A stretch of 64,000 bases of DNA from Armatimonadota bacterium (GCA_041690135.1 JAWLHY010000002.1:592342-656341), one strand, 5' to 3'. Positions 18,072-27,878 are shown, counted from the stretch's first letter. The notes: generated by a model from the letters alone, not told the origin. Numbers and translations: made by a program.

Positions 18072-19133
18072 TTACTGTGGTGTCAGCAGGAATGCGCGGC
18101 TGCGACCGTTGAATCGACCTTCACCCACGATCTGACCTTCCTCGTTGATGTCCAGCGCTCGCCAGAGGACCCAGCCGGAGCGACGCGGGATGCGGGTGTT
18201 CAGGTCGACCCGCCTTCTCCCCGACCATAGCAGCGCGCGCTGCTGGGGGGCGCCCACGCCTCCGGACCATCCCACGACCTGGCCTGCATTGTTGATTGCG
18301 TGGGCCACGGTTACCCGGGCGCGGGGGCGTCCGGCCAGGGGACGGAAGGTGCGCTGAACGGTATCGGCCAGAAATGCACGGGTCTGCCGGCCGACCACGC
18401 CCGAGCCGACGACCAACCCCGAATTGTTCACGTCGTACGCCTCGCTGACGCGACTGCGGTTGAAGAAGATGGTGAAGGTGCCCCGGAGAGGGGTCCAGAG
18501 CGTGGCCCGCACCGAGCCGTCCGCCAGATCGGCCGCCCCGGCCACTTCGAACTGATCGTTCAGCCCGTTAGCGCGGCTCTGTAACCCGCCCAGGGTTCCC
18601 AGGTCGGTCAGCCCTCCGGTCGGGTCATAGCGAAAGGCGCGCCAGTTGCCCTGCTGGTCCTGGGCCAGGCCTGCGGCCTGCCCACCGGCATTCACGGCCG
18701 TGGTCCGGCTGTTCTGGCCGCCGAGAAACGTGCCACGGCCGTTGAGGTCGACCAGTCCCGGGTTGAAGACGAAGGCGTGACTGAACTCGAAGGGGTTGGC
18801 AGGGGTGCCGGCGGTGTTCGCTTCTCCGCCGATGGTTCCCGTGTCGTTGATCGCCCAGGCGGCACTGTGCGCGCCGCCGAAGGTGAGACCGCGGTTGCGC
18901 AGGTCGATGATGCCTTTCCCCGGGTCCCAGAGGAAGGCACGGCGCGTTCCCTGGTCGGTGTCTGCCAGCCCCACAACCTGCCCGAGGTTGTTGATGCCGA
19001 GTGCCAGGCTGTCGCCATTATTGTCCTTCCGGAGCGAACCGAGATCGGTGATGGTGTAGCGCTGGGCGGCGGCCGGCTCGCCGGCAACCAGCACGAGCAG
19101 CATTACCGCCGCGAACAGCAAAGTTCGTCTCAT
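18072..19133 (-). CDS. Secreted HAF-repeat protein
   Basis: Signal peptide; repeats of A.GINN.GQVVG...[HR]AFLW...DLGTLGG. RBS gtaggag. Confidence 0.9.
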   Translation of the reverse strand: MRRTLLFAAVMLLVLVAGEPAAAQRYTITDLGSLRKDNNGDSLALGINNLGQVVGLADTDQGTRRAFLWDPGKGIIDLRNRGLTFGGAHSAAWAINDTGTIGGEANTAGTPANPFEFSHAFVFNPGLVDLNGRGTFLGGQNSRTTAVNAGGQAAGLAQDQQGNWRAFRYDPTGGLTDLGTLGGLQSRANGLNDQFEVAGAADLADGSVRATLWTPLRGTFTIFFNRSRVSEAYDVNNSGLVVGSGVVGRQTRAFLADTVQRTFRPLAGRPRARVTVAHAINNAGQVVGWSGGVGAPQQRALLWSGRRRVDLNTRIPRRSGWVLWRALDINEEGQIVGEGRFNGRSRAFLLTPQ

Positions 19134-19245
19134 GAGCGTCTCCTACTCCTAACCTTCTCCACCTTAGGAGTAGGCAGGATTACTGTGGGGGTTGATGCTG
19201 CTTATGGTGGACGAACGACCAGGGGCTGTTGGATATACTGAGCGA

Positions 19246-19647
19246 GTGAAATCTCCCCTGTCTCAGTCGCCAGCTCAACCCACCGTCGAGGAGTTTCTCG
19301 CGGGGGCGCCGCCCCAGGTTCGGGAAACCGTGGAATGGCTGCGCGCCCTCGTGCGGGCGACGGTCCCTAATTGCATCGAGCGGGTCTACCCGGGGTGGCA
19401 ACTGATCGGATACCGGGTGCCGCACGGCAAGAAGTCGCATTATTTCGGCTTTATCGCGCCGCAGGGCGAACGGGTGGCGCTGGGCTTCGAGTACGGCGTG
19501 CGGATGAGCGACCCCCATGGAGTGCTGCGTGGCACCGGCCGGCAGGTCCGCCAGGTCGAGTTCACCGCACCGGGCGAACTCGACCTGGCAGTCCTCACCG
19601 CGTTGATTGAAGAAGCCGTCTTCGTGGCCATACACCGGACCGGTTGA
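19246..19647 (+). CDS. DUF1801 (YdhG-like) domain protein
   Basis: VEEFLA...LRALVRATVP...E.VYPGW..IGY...LGFEYG....DP.GVLRGTGRQVR. Start uncertain (GTG 19246). Confidence 0.8.
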   Translation: MKSPLSQSPAQPTVEEFLAGAPPQVRETVEWLRALVRATVPNCIERVYPGWQLIGYRVPHGKKSHYFGFIAPQGERVALGFEYGVRMSDPHGVLRGTGRQVRQVEFTAPGELDLAVLTALIEEAVFVAIHRTG

Positions 19648-19655
19648 AAAGGCGC

Positions 19656-21035
19656 CTACCGCGTGCGCACCTTGACCAGCGTGCTGAACTTGCCGCGCCG
19701 GAACGAGGGGTGCTTCACGATCAGGTTGGCCTGGTGTTTGCACCGCCCAACCGCGCCGAACCGGAAGTTAACGTTGGTTGTGGAGTTTGGCGCCAGCACG
19801 ACCTTGCCTTGCGGCTGCACGCGCCAGAATTCCGCGTGGAACTTAGAGGCGTCGATCTCCACCTCTTGCGGCTGGTCCGTATTGTTCTCAATGGCCAGGG
19901 AGCGGGTGTGGAACTGGTTGGTCGCCACCGCACCGAAGTCGATGAGGCGTGCCCCCACCTTGACCGGCTCCTTGCCTACCCCGCGACAGTGGACAGTCCC
20001 GATACTGCGCATTCGTCCGGAGACGCGGGCCTTCAATCCGAATCCTGTCCTGAACTCTCCGGGGAAAACTGGCGAGAAGGTGACCTGAATCTGCTTGCTT
20101 TCTCGAGCACCGAAAGTAACGGTTCGCTCCTGTCCCGCCGCCGGGAAAAAACTAGCCCCTGGAGAGAGGGTGACACTGACGGGTTGATTCAAGCAGTTCG
20201 TCAAAGTGAGTGGCAGGGTACGGGTGGAATCAACGATTACGTCGCCAAAATCCAGCGGACTGGGGTCCTGGGTGAAGAAGATGCCCGATCCGTCGAACGG
20301 CAGATAGATCCCGGCATCCCGGTTACCCGGCGCGGTTGCGGAAAGGAATACGGACCGGCGGAACCGGCCCAGTCGGTGGGGTTGGAATTGCACGGTCAGG
20401 GTAACCGTTTCGCCGGCGGCCACCGTAGTAGGAGAACCCGGCGCCAGAGAGAAGGGGGCCTCCGCGTTAGCCCGTAGCGTCAGGGCTCGTGCCACGGAGG
20501 TTTTGTTGGTGATCATGATCTCCAGGGCGCGCATTTCCCCAACGCATACCTCGCCGAAATCGACTGGTGTCGGTTGGGCCGTGACTCGGGAGGCCGACGC
20601 GAGGGTTGCCTCACCGGAACGGAACAACCGGAGGGCGTTTGCCAGGTCGGCGGCGGCCCGTTCGAGGAGGTGACTGGCGAGCACCGGGTCCGCCGCCAAT
20701 TCCTCCGGAAGCAGGTCGGCTTCTACCGCGAGGAGGGAGGCTCGTACCGTTTCGGGCGCCGCCATCCCGAGGCCCCCGAGCGCCTGCTGGATCTGGCCGC
20801 GCGCCGCGAGGAGCCCGGCGGCCAGGCCGCGAGGGTTCCCCTGGGCCAGCGCCTGCGAGGCGGCGGCAATCTGTTGGAGCGCGAGGGAGATCCCGCGCTC
20901 GACTTTCAGGTTCCGTGCGGCAACAGCGGGTGCGCCGCGCAGCCCGCCGGCGCTGGCCGGCCGTTCGGGACTTGCCGTAAGAATGCAGCACATGGCTCCC
21001 AGCAGGAGTGACAGTCGAAGACAGGCAGCGCGCAT
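19656..21035 (-). CDS. Secreted protein with tandem ASH/choice-of-anchor-D-like Ig domains
   Basis: Signal peptide and three repeats opening with [VLI]DFG[EDA]V...I.N, each with a V.F.P-like strand. RBS ggagg. Confidence 0.75.
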   Translation of the reverse strand: MRAACLRLSLLLGAMCCILTASPERPASAGGLRGAPAVAARNLKVERGISLALQQIAAASQALAQGNPRGLAAGLLAARGQIQQALGGLGMAAPETVRASLLAVEADLLPEELAADPVLASHLLERAAADLANALRLFRSGEATLASASRVTAQPTPVDFGEVCVGEMRALEIMITNKTSVARALTLRANAEAPFSLAPGSPTTVAAGETVTLTVQFQPHRLGRFRRSVFLSATAPGNRDAGIYLPFDGSGIFFTQDPSPLDFGDVIVDSTRTLPLTLTNCLNQPVSVTLSPGASFFPAAGQERTVTFGARESKQIQVTFSPVFPGEFRTGFGLKARVSGRMRSIGTVHCRGVGKEPVKVGARLIDFGAVATNQFHTRSLAIENNTDQPQEVEIDASKFHAEFWRVQPQGKVVLAPNSTTNVNFRFGAVGRCKHQANLIVKHPSFRRGKFSTLVKVRTR

Positions 21036-21224
21036 GGGACCTCCCTACCTCCTGATCCGGTAATCCGGCGGCTAACCTGGAATAGCGGTGTGCAAAGTAA
21101 TCCGGTTTCCGGTGTGCGGCTCACAGAAGGGTTAGTGGAAGGTCCCTTCACCTCCTCCATCCTGCATCGGATGGACGAGCGACCGTTCCGGGGTTTCCGG
21201 AACGGCTGCGGGTATGCAGCAAGA

Positions 21225-21302
21225 GTGGGAGAGCGGGGGAATGGGAGAGCGGGGAAATGGGGGCAGTCGCTCCCATTCTCCGCTTCCCCCATTTCCCCTT
21301 TC
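21225..21302. repeat. Octamer-period purine repeats followed by their imperfect inverted complement
   Basis: gtgggagagcgggggaatgggagagcggggaaatggggg...ctcccattctccgcttcccccatttcccc, downstream of the pilX-like gene. Confidence 0.6.
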
Positions 21303-21335
21303 GTTCCGGCACGGGGTGGGTGCTCTGAAGACAGA

Positions 21336-22907
21336 TCAGGGCGAGAGCGACGAACCGGCCTGGGTGCGCATCCAGGAGAGGCGCTCGTAGGTGCCGGTGG
21401 TGGGGAAAAAGGGCGGAGGGTTGATGGCCATCCGGCGGTCGTACCGGTAGTGCTTGTCGTAGCCGGAGACCTGGGCGCCGGTGCTGCCGTTGAAGGTGCC
21501 GACCGGCCCGCGCTTCTTCTGGATCAGGCCCCCCAAGAGGTTCAGTGTGCCGGTGGATTTGGATGCGTAGTTGTTCACGTAGAACGAGCCGTCCGACGTG
21601 TTGCGGCCACCCGCCAGGGCCACCGCGTGGAGGGTGAGGTCTCTCGGCGCGTTGTCCGCGATCCGGATATTGCGGGCGACAATGCCGAGGGCCGCCGCCC
21701 GCAGGTTGAGCGGATCGTCCCAGGGCCGGGACATGTCCGGCGTGGTTTCGTAGGCGAGGTTGTCGGTAATCGTGACGTTCTTGCCGTTTACGACGTCGGT
21801 GGCGATGGTGAAGGCGCCCCGGTGAGTGACCTGGCTGCCGGACATGGCGCTGTCCGCCAGTTCGCCCTTGAGGCTGGTGATATGGCCGGTGCTGTAAATA
21901 ACCCCGTTGGGGAGCCCGGCTTTCGTGGTGGTGCTGGAGCCCTTCTGAATCACGGTCTGGTTGGCGTCGTACTTGAGGGTCACCGTCGTGGTGGTAGACC
22001 CCTGGACGATGGCGATGCGCTGCCAGCCTTCGGGCGTCACCGAGAAAGTCATTGATGAATCGCCCGCCACGTAGATGCCGCCGGCGGCGGGGAGATAGAC
22101 GCCGGTGCTGCCGGGGAAGCCGCCGCTTTGGCCCCACGCGGCGATCTTCTGCTTGTCCGTGTTGGCGGGCAGCTCGATCCGGTTGACGCCCAGCCGGAAG
22201 CCACGCGAGCCGTCCCGGTAGATCTTCTCGTAATCCTCTTCGCTGGAGGGAGTACCGGGTACGTAGTTGATGTTGTTGGAAACGGCGGTGAGGCGGTCTT
22301 TGAAGATGGAGTCGGTGGAGCCCACGTAGTTGATGTTGAAGTCGCTTCCCTCCGAGTTGTTGCTGTGGGCCGGCCCGTCGATGACCTCCCCCTCTTTGAA
22401 GTAGATGGCGCCGTTGGTGACGGAGGAGCGCTCGTAGTCCGTGAAGTAGGCGTAGCGGCCGAAGTTGGCCTGCTGTACGTAGAGTTGCACGACTTCGCGC
22501 CGGGAAGCGGCGATTCCGGTGCTCTGGATCGTGAAGCGCTTCAGTTCCGTGCCGGGGTTGGCATCATCCGGGTCGATCTGCACCCGGTAGGTTCCCGAGC
22601 CCAGGGTGACGGTGCCTCCGAAGGGATCGAAGGGCGTGGTGCCGCTCGGAGGGGAGGACTGCTGGCGCAGCCAGAGCAGGGCTCGCTCCGCGCCCGATTC
22701 CGCGAAGTTGAAGGCCGTGGAGGCGTCGCGCTGCAGGCGAGTCAGGCTCAGGCTGTGGAGAGTTGCCGCCGCGAGCCCCATCCCGGTGATGGCCATCACC
22801 ATCAGCACGAAGAGAGCGAACAACAGGGCCGAGCCGCGCCGTCCCGCCGGCCCGAACCGGCGCGCTGGATTCAGCCACTCCAACCGGTTTTGAATATCCA
22901 TCGTCAT
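21336..22907 (-). CDS. pilX: PilX-like minor pilin with a large C-terminal domain (DUF4900-like)
   Basis: RRG|SALLFAL class III signal without E5, AFNFAESGAE (PilX N-terminal motif), C-terminal GGLIQ...GYDKHYRYD...PPPFFP. Confidence 0.8.
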   Translation of the reverse strand: MTMDIQNRLEWLNPARRFGPAGRRGSALLFALFVLMVMAITGMGLAAATLHSLSLTRLQRDASTAFNFAESGAERALLWLRQQSSPPSGTTPFDPFGGTVTLGSGTYRVQIDPDDANPGTELKRFTIQSTGIAASRREVVQLYVQQANFGRYAYFTDYERSSVTNGAIYFKEGEVIDGPAHSNNSEGSDFNINYVGSTDSIFKDRLTAVSNNINYVPGTPSSEEDYEKIYRDGSRGFRLGVNRIELPANTDKQKIAAWGQSGGFPGSTGVYLPAAGGIYVAGDSSMTFSVTPEGWQRIAIVQGSTTTTVTLKYDANQTVIQKGSSTTTKAGLPNGVIYSTGHITSLKGELADSAMSGSQVTHRGAFTIATDVVNGKNVTITDNLAYETTPDMSRPWDDPLNLRAAALGIVARNIRIADNAPRDLTLHAVALAGGRNTSDGSFYVNNYASKSTGTLNLLGGLIQKKRGPVGTFNGSTGAQVSGYDKHYRYDRRMAINPPPFFPTTGTYERLSWMRTQAGSSLSP

Positions 22908-22926
22908 CCCACCCTCTGATCCGGCG

Positions 22927-23451
22927 TCAGTTGTTTCGGAGATAGAGAACGCGCCCGTTCAGCCGGGTCTCGCTTTTGCGTCCCCGGCCCGCCTTTTCCG
23001 TGTGGACGGTGAGGCGGATCGAGTGGCGGGAGTTCGAGTTCACGCGCAGCAGCTTGAGGTTCTCCGCCACCGCGCGGCCGGTATCACTTTCGGTGCGCCG
23101 CCACAGGCAGTTTCCAGTGGGGGAGGGTCGGCCGGTGGCGTCCGTCTGCGCGAATTCGATGTACTGGCTGTCGTTGAGCCGGAAGCGGTCGTAGTGCCCA
23201 TTGGCCAGCAGCGACGGGTAGTAGACGCGGAAGCGATGCGCGTTGAGGATCTCCACTTCCTTGGCCTCGCGGATCTCCGCGACCATCCGGTTCATGGCGC
23301 GCGAGGCGCCCTGGTCGGTGGTGCTCTGCAGATTGACGGCCTGCTCCAACTGGCCGGCCGTGCCCATCAGTCCCGCCGTCCCTCCCACCACGAGCAGGAG
23401 CAGCGCTGCGGCCACGAGCACCTCGGCCATGGTAAACCCGCGCTTATTCAT
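22927..23451 (-). CDS. Prepilin-type N-terminal cleavage/methylation protein (PilW-like)
   Basis: MNKRG|FTMAEVLVA. Its start overlaps the upstream stop (ATGAATAA). Confidence 0.85.
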   Translation of the reverse strand: MNKRGFTMAEVLVAAALLLLVVGGTAGLMGTAGQLEQAVNLQSTTDQGASRAMNRMVAEIREAKEVEILNAHRFRVYYPSLLANGHYDRFRLNDSQYIEFAQTDATGRPSPTGNCLWRRTESDTGRAVAENLKLLRVNSNSRHSIRLTVHTEKAGRGRKSETRLNGRVLYLRNN

Positions 23452-23884
23452 TGGGGATAAGCACCGTGACTTCATGGACCCCTCCCATTGGTTTCAAAGA
23501 CCCGGCTCCCCACTGAAGACGGACTGTGGCCGCGACGACATCCGTGCCCGCACCGGTCAGCGAGATCGTCCCGACCGGAGCAGGCAGGTCCTGCGCCAGA
23601 CCATCCACGGCTTCGAACCGGAACGGGGCCGCGTTCGGGGAAGCATCGATCACGCCCGCGGATCGGAGCTCCGAATAACTCAGGCGGCCGTAGCCAACGG
23701 CCCGCAGTTGATCGATCTTGTGCTGGACCGCGCTGGTCGCCTGCGCATAGTTACCGCTCATCCGCGAAGACTTCGCGGCGGTGGGATAGAGGGCCGAAAA
23801 GGTGAGCACCGCCATCCCCATGAGGAAGACGGCCAACGCCACCTCGATCAGGGTATAACCCCGCCGGTGTCCGGGTTTGCGCAC
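23444..23884 (-). CDS. Prepilin-type N-terminal cleavage/methylation protein (PilV-like)
   Basis: GTG start; RRG|YTLIEVALAVFL followed by a hydrophobic helix. Confidence 0.85.
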   Translation of the reverse strand: MRKPGHRRGYTLIEVALAVFLMGMAVLTFSALYPTAAKSSRMSGNYAQATSAVQHKIDQLRAVGYGRLSYSELRSAGVIDASPNAAPFRFEAVDGLAQDLPAPVGTISLTGAGTDVVAATVRLQWGAGSLKPMGGVHEVTVLIPNE

Positions 23885-24004
23885 GTTCCTGTTCCGCCTT
23901 TCGGGACAGAGCCTTCTCGGTCCCAGCGGACTCATCGGCGCGGCACGAACGGAACGTTAGGGATGTCCTACTCTTTTCGTCCCTGCGTGGGATGCCCGGG
24001 ATGA

Positions 24005-24023
24005 ACCGTGTAATCAACACGGT
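24005..24023. promoter_or_regulatory. 7-5-7 inverted repeat, candidate operator upstream of the pilin cassette
   Basis: accgtgt-aatca-acacggt, about 120 bp upstream of the pilV-like start. Confidence 0.35.
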
Positions 24024-24082
24024 CAGCCTTAGGTCCATCTTTAGAATGACAGGAACCGGACGAGGAATAGTGTGCCGGTGGC

Positions 24083-24877
24083 TCAACCTTCCCGCCGAGA
24101 ACGGCGGGAACGGAGGATCGCATCCGTGAGGCGGGGGCTGAGGGTGTCGAGTACAAAGGCCAGGCGGATCAACACCCCCGTATAGATCTCCGGCTGGGGG
24201 CGCCGGATCGCTTCCAGGATCAGCGCGGCCAGCCTTTCCGGGGTCAACATCCGCCCTCCGGCGGAGTAGGCGCGGGTGGCCCGGTTGGTGGCGTGCGCGA
24301 AGAACGGGGTTCGGACGGAGGTGGGGAGGATCTCCGTGATGTGCACCCCCGCCTCGGCCGCCTCGATCCGGAGAGACTGGCTGAGCGCGTGCATTGCGGC
24401 CTTGGTGGAGGCGTAGACGGAGAGGCCCGGGAGAGAACGCCGGGCGGAGGCGGAAGAGATGTTGAGGATGTGCCCCCGCCCACGGGAGGCCATCCGGCGT
24501 AATGCGTCGCGGCTGAGGAGAAACGCTGCGAAGTAGTTGACTTCGAACAGCCGGCGCAGGTCTTCCTCCCGGGTCTCGAGCACGTCGGCCTGAAGTCCGA
24601 TGCCGGCGTTGTTGATCAGGATGTCCAGGGGGCCGTACTCAGCTTCCACCCGGTCGATCAGGCCCGCGGCGACCCCCGGCCGGGCGAGGTCCGCGACCAC
24701 GGGAAACACCGCATTCCCTTCCGCCCGCAGCGCGGCGACGGTATCGGCGACCTCCTCCGGCGAATAGGAATTGATGCCGACCTCATAACCGGTGCGGGCG
24801 AGGAGCTCCGCGGCGGCGCGTCCGATGCCGGTGGTCGAGCCGGTGATAAGCACCCGGGCGGGAGGGTTTATGGGCAT
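24083..24877 (-). CDS. Short-chain dehydrogenase/reductase
   Basis: ITGSTTGIG, LINNAG, ISS, YASTK. Confidence 0.92.
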   Translation of the reverse strand: MPINPPARVLITGSTTGIGRAAAELLARTGYEVGINSYSPEEVADTVAALRAEGNAVFPVVADLARPGVAAGLIDRVEAEYGPLDILINNAGIGLQADVLETREEDLRRLFEVNYFAAFLLSRDALRRMASRGRGHILNISSASARRSLPGLSVYASTKAAMHALSQSLRIEAAEAGVHITEILPTSVRTPFFAHATNRATRAYSAGGRMLTPERLAALILEAIRRPQPEIYTGVLIRLAFVLDTLSPRLTDAILRSRRSRREG

Positions 24878-25042
24878 GGAGACGCCTTCCCCCCATCGTC
24901 GGAGTGACCCTGTAACGAGGTTCCGGGGCGACCCGAAAGGGAGAATGGGCGAACGGTAGCCGAGGGAGGCCGGACCGACTCCCCTCCTCCGTTCCCCCAT
25001 TCTCCCTTTCGCAGCGACACTTCCGGCACCTTCCGACCCGAA

Positions 25043-25669
25043 CTAGCCGTCACCGGGCTTTGCATCGGCCTCCGGGGTGAAATCCCCGGTTACCACCTGA
25101 GCAGCGACCTGGTTGAAGACCGACCGCGGACCGGTGTGCTTCGGCACGGTGGGGGGCGCCGACGGTTCTACCGGCATGTCCTGCAGGGTGAAGGTGCCGA
25201 GCACGTAATCCGCCAGCGGGCAGACGACGTTGTAGTTCCATCGCGCGCGATGGTGGTGGTAGCGGTGGTACTCGCAGTAGAAGTGCCAGAGGCGGGTCCG
25301 CTGGAACCAGTAGTTGCGCGGCGTGTGGATGAAGAAGTGGATCACTTCGTACGCCGTGATGTAGAAGCCGGCGCCGGCCGCGCAACCGATGGCGGCCCAC
25401 TTGTTCACCGTGAAGGCTACCAGCAGGTAGAGGGGGATGTGGGCCAGCCAGAGGAGGGGGACCGACGAGGACTCCCAGATCTCATAACGCTGGAGGGGAG
25501 CGTAGAAAGATTTAAGAGAGCGACTCTGCGCGTGGTGCTGGATGGCGTGTCGTTTGAACGCCCACTTCGAGATCTTTTCCGTGTGCATTCCGACACGGTG
25601 TACGAACCACTCGGCAAAGCTGGCGTAGATGCACGTCAGCACGAAACCCAGAACCAGCGACAAAACCAT
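25043..25669 (-). CDS. Fatty acid hydroxylase/sterol desaturase family protein
   Basis: His boxes EWFVHRVGMH, HAIQHH, YEVIHFFIH and YHRYHH, plus NYNV and D..LGT. Confidence 0.88.
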   Translation of the reverse strand: MVLSLVLGFVLTCIYASFAEWFVHRVGMHTEKISKWAFKRHAIQHHAQSRSLKSFYAPLQRYEIWESSSVPLLWLAHIPLYLLVAFTVNKWAAIGCAAGAGFYITAYEVIHFFIHTPRNYWFQRTRLWHFYCEYHRYHHHRARWNYNVVCPLADYVLGTFTLQDMPVEPSAPPTVPKHTGPRSVFNQVAAQVVTGDFTPEADAKPGDG

Positions 25670-25838
25670 CCTGCATCCTTTCGCGCCAGGGTTTCCGTTC
25701 ATCCGGAAGATGCTCGCTTGCCTGGCAGGTCCCACTTAGCTTTCGGCAGGTCGGGTTCATCTCCCTACTGCCTATGTCACCCGTGGTTGGCCGTTCTTAA
25801 GCCTCCCGGGTGGAACGGGCCGGTGCCGGACCCAAGCG

Positions 25839-25871
25839 AAACGGGCCTCACAGATCCCTCCGTGAGGCCCG
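25839..25871 (-). terminator. Rho-independent terminator downstream of tRNA-Leu
   Basis: Minus strand cgggcctcacgga-ggga-tctgtgaggcccg-ttt. Confidence 0.65.
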
Positions 25872-25934
25872 CAAGTTTTCCAGCCGGTCCGCCGCGGCAG
25901 CCTGCCGAGGACCGGCACTTCCATGCTCCATTAT

Positions 25935-26015
25935 TGGGCGAGGTGGGACTCGAACCCACATGCCTCTCGGCAGCGGATTTTAAGTCCGCCGTGTCTGCCA
26001 TTTCACCACTCGCCC
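25935..26015 (-). tRNA. tRNA-Leu (anticodon UAA), CCA not encoded
   Basis: Minus strand GGGCGAG-TGGTGAAATGGCAGACAC-GGCGGA-CTTAAAA-TCCGC-TGCCGAGAGGCAT-GTGGG-TTCGAGT-CCCAC-CTCGCCC-A. Full cloverleaf with a long variable arm. Confidence 0.97.
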
Positions 26016-26025
26016 TAACACCAAG

Positions 26026-26034
26026 ATTGTAACA
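26026..26034 (-). promoter_or_regulatory. Extended -10 promoter (TGnTACAAT) of tRNA-Leu
   Basis: Minus strand tgttacaat, 10 nt upstream of the mature tRNA 5' end. Confidence 0.6.
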
Positions 26035-26666
26035 GCAGAAGCGCCGAATGCGCCATGGTGCAATTGGGGAAACCGTGACAGAGGGGGCAAGGACCTACCG
26101 TTTCACCTGCCGAGGCTGATCGCTGTGGGTGCGGTTTGCCAGGTGGCGGGCATCACGTTTCCCATCGCAAATGCGGACAGCGCTAAAGCGCTTGACTACA
26201 AGCCAGAGGTAGCGACTCATACCCAATTACTCTGTCGCCTCTCCTGGGCTCTTGCGAGTGGGCGTTCCGGTCCGGGGTTTGCGCCCCCCTGCCCGCATGC
26301 GGGCGCCCGTCTCCCTTCGCCCCTCCCGGGCTACGGACCGGATCAGCGCTGGAGTGCAACCGTCTATATCGGGTGGGAAGGGATCAATAGGTCCTATGTG
26401 CAACGGGGGAGCGGGCAAGCGGGTTCTGGTCGCAACGGGACCTGTGGCGCCGCGCCGGATTCACCACAATCAACGAGACGGCATGTGCCGCGCCCCGGAA
26501 GACGGCACCCGCCGAAGCCGACGACGAGTCAAAGAGCATCCCGGCCCGCCCTCAAGGAGCGTGGCGGGAGCCGCACGGGATGGTACTGGCCCCGTGGGAG
26601 GGGGACGAGGGTCCGGAAAGGACGCCGCCCCGTACGCTCGCACGATCAAGAAGAAGGAGAACAGCT

Positions 26667-27878
26667 ATGAGGCGTCTGCTCCTGCCCGCACTGGCGGGCG
26701 TGGTGATGCTGTCCGCCGTCCCCGGGCTGCCGCGCTCGGCCGGTGCGGCGCAGGGGGACGAGCCGTCCGCGGGTGGCGCTGCCCCGGCCCGCACCGGAAA
26801 GCAGAACGATCCTTCGCTCGAGATCCTGGCGCGCCTGGCACGGGCCGAGCTTCTCGCCGGTCTCACGCCGGTGGAAGGCCCCGGCCTCACGGTCTCGCTC
26901 CGGCACAGCTCACGCAAGCCGGCCCGGGGAGCGGACCGCAGTAACTACCTCCTGCACGATCGGGACGTCAACTTCATCCTGAATGCCCTGCGGGCGGCTG
27001 GGGCGGAGGCGCTGGCAATTTCGGGTGCCGGGTCGGAGGGGCCGCAGCGGGTGACCAGCAACAGCGTGGTCGTGGAGACCCGCGCCGGGTTCCAGGTGAA
27101 CGGTACGGAGATCAAGGTTCCGCTCCAGATCCTGGCGATTGGTGAGGCCGTACGTTTGCGCGCGGAGTTGATGCGCCGGGACGGCGCAATCAAAACGGCC
27201 GGGCTCGACGTGCTCCAGATGGTGCAACTCGCCGACATGCCGGTGCTACGGATTCCGGCCGCCAGGCACCTGGCGGAATTCCGCTTTGCCCGCGTGCCGG
27301 GTGCGAGCTCGGTAGTGGCCGAGGCTTCCCTGGGCGAGCCGGCAAGGCCAGTACCTTCCACGCCTGCTGCCCCGGCCACGGCTGTAGCGGGTACGACGCC
27401 GGCCTCCTCTCCCGGGTCCCTCAAGCCGGAAACTCCGCGTAATCCGGCGCAGACGGCGGTCAAACCCTCGGAGCCGTCACGCCCCGCCGCAACCGCCATT
27501 ATGCCCCGGGAGTTGCTGCCGAGCGCCCCGCAGCCAGCGACCGTTGCCGACAAAGGGCCCGAGAAACCCCCGGCGGGCGAACCCGTAGCCGTCGTTCCTT
27601 CCGGCACGCCTCCACAGCGGGAGCCGAAGGTTGTGGCGGTGACCCCCCGTTCCGCAAATTCCGCCCCTCCCGTCCAGGCGCCGGTGGAGGCCCCGGCGGC
27701 CCGTCCGGCGGTTACCGGCCCGGTCTTTGGGGGCAAAGGTTATGCCAAGTATCACGTGGCCGGCTGTCGTTTCGGAGAGCGGATCGGCCGCCAGGAGCGG
27801 ATAACCTTCGCCTCCCCGGAAGAAGCGGCGAAGGGTGGCCGGAAGCCCTGTTCGATCTGCTGTAGCGGCCGGTCCTAG
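26667..27878 (+). CDS. Exported DUF881 protein with a Pro/Ala-rich linker and a C-terminal Ada-type metal-binding domain
   Basis: RBS aaggag and signal peptide. AGLTPVEGPGLTVSL...LLHDRD...NALRAAGAEALAI...QR...ILAIG (DUF881); C-terminal YHVAGC...FAS.EEA..GGRKPCSIC. Confidence 0.85.
   Translation: MRRLLLPALAGVVMLSAVPGLPRSAGAAQGDEPSAGGAAPARTGKQNDPSLEILARLARAELLAGLTPVEGPGLTVSLRHSSRKPARGADRSNYLLHDRDVNFILNALRAAGAEALAISGAGSEGPQRVTSNSVVVETRAGFQVNGTEIKVPLQILAIGEAVRLRAELMRRDGAIKTAGLDVLQMVQLADMPVLRIPAARHLAEFRFARVPGASSVVAEASLGEPARPVPSTPAAPATAVAGTTPASSPGSLKPETPRNPAQTAVKPSEPSRPAATAIMPRELLPSAPQPATVADKGPEKPPAGEPVAVVPSGTPPQREPKVVAVTPRSANSAPPVQAPVEAPAARPAVTGPVFGGKGYAKYHVAGCRFGERIGRQERITFASPEEAAKGGRKPCSICCSGRS

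Noticed and set aside
21040-21120. Possible c-di-GMP-I riboswitch 3' halves upstream of secreted-protein genes (also about 37130-37200)
   Set aside because: The GGCAAAC/GAAA/GACGCAAA 5' elements are absent on the coding strand. Only an Infernal search against Rfam could revive this.
23914-23938. Minus strand CCGATGA-GTCC-GCTG-GGAC-CGAGA, resembling a hammerhead ribozyme core
   Set aside because: The invariant CUGAUGA and GAAA boxes are both broken, and stems I and III are not evident.
25935-26015. tRNA-Leu as an integration site, or bldA-like TTA control
   Set aside because: No integrase or duplicated tRNA 3' end was seen. TTA codons occur in unrelated genes (SdrD paralog 2, NTase, wzt, esterase) with no clear pattern, so a genome-wide count would be needed.
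26604-26631. gagggtccggaaaggacgccgc, resembling the SRP RNA domain IV loop
   Set aside because: It mismatches the conserved CAGG...GGAA...AGCAG pattern and has no extended flanking helix.
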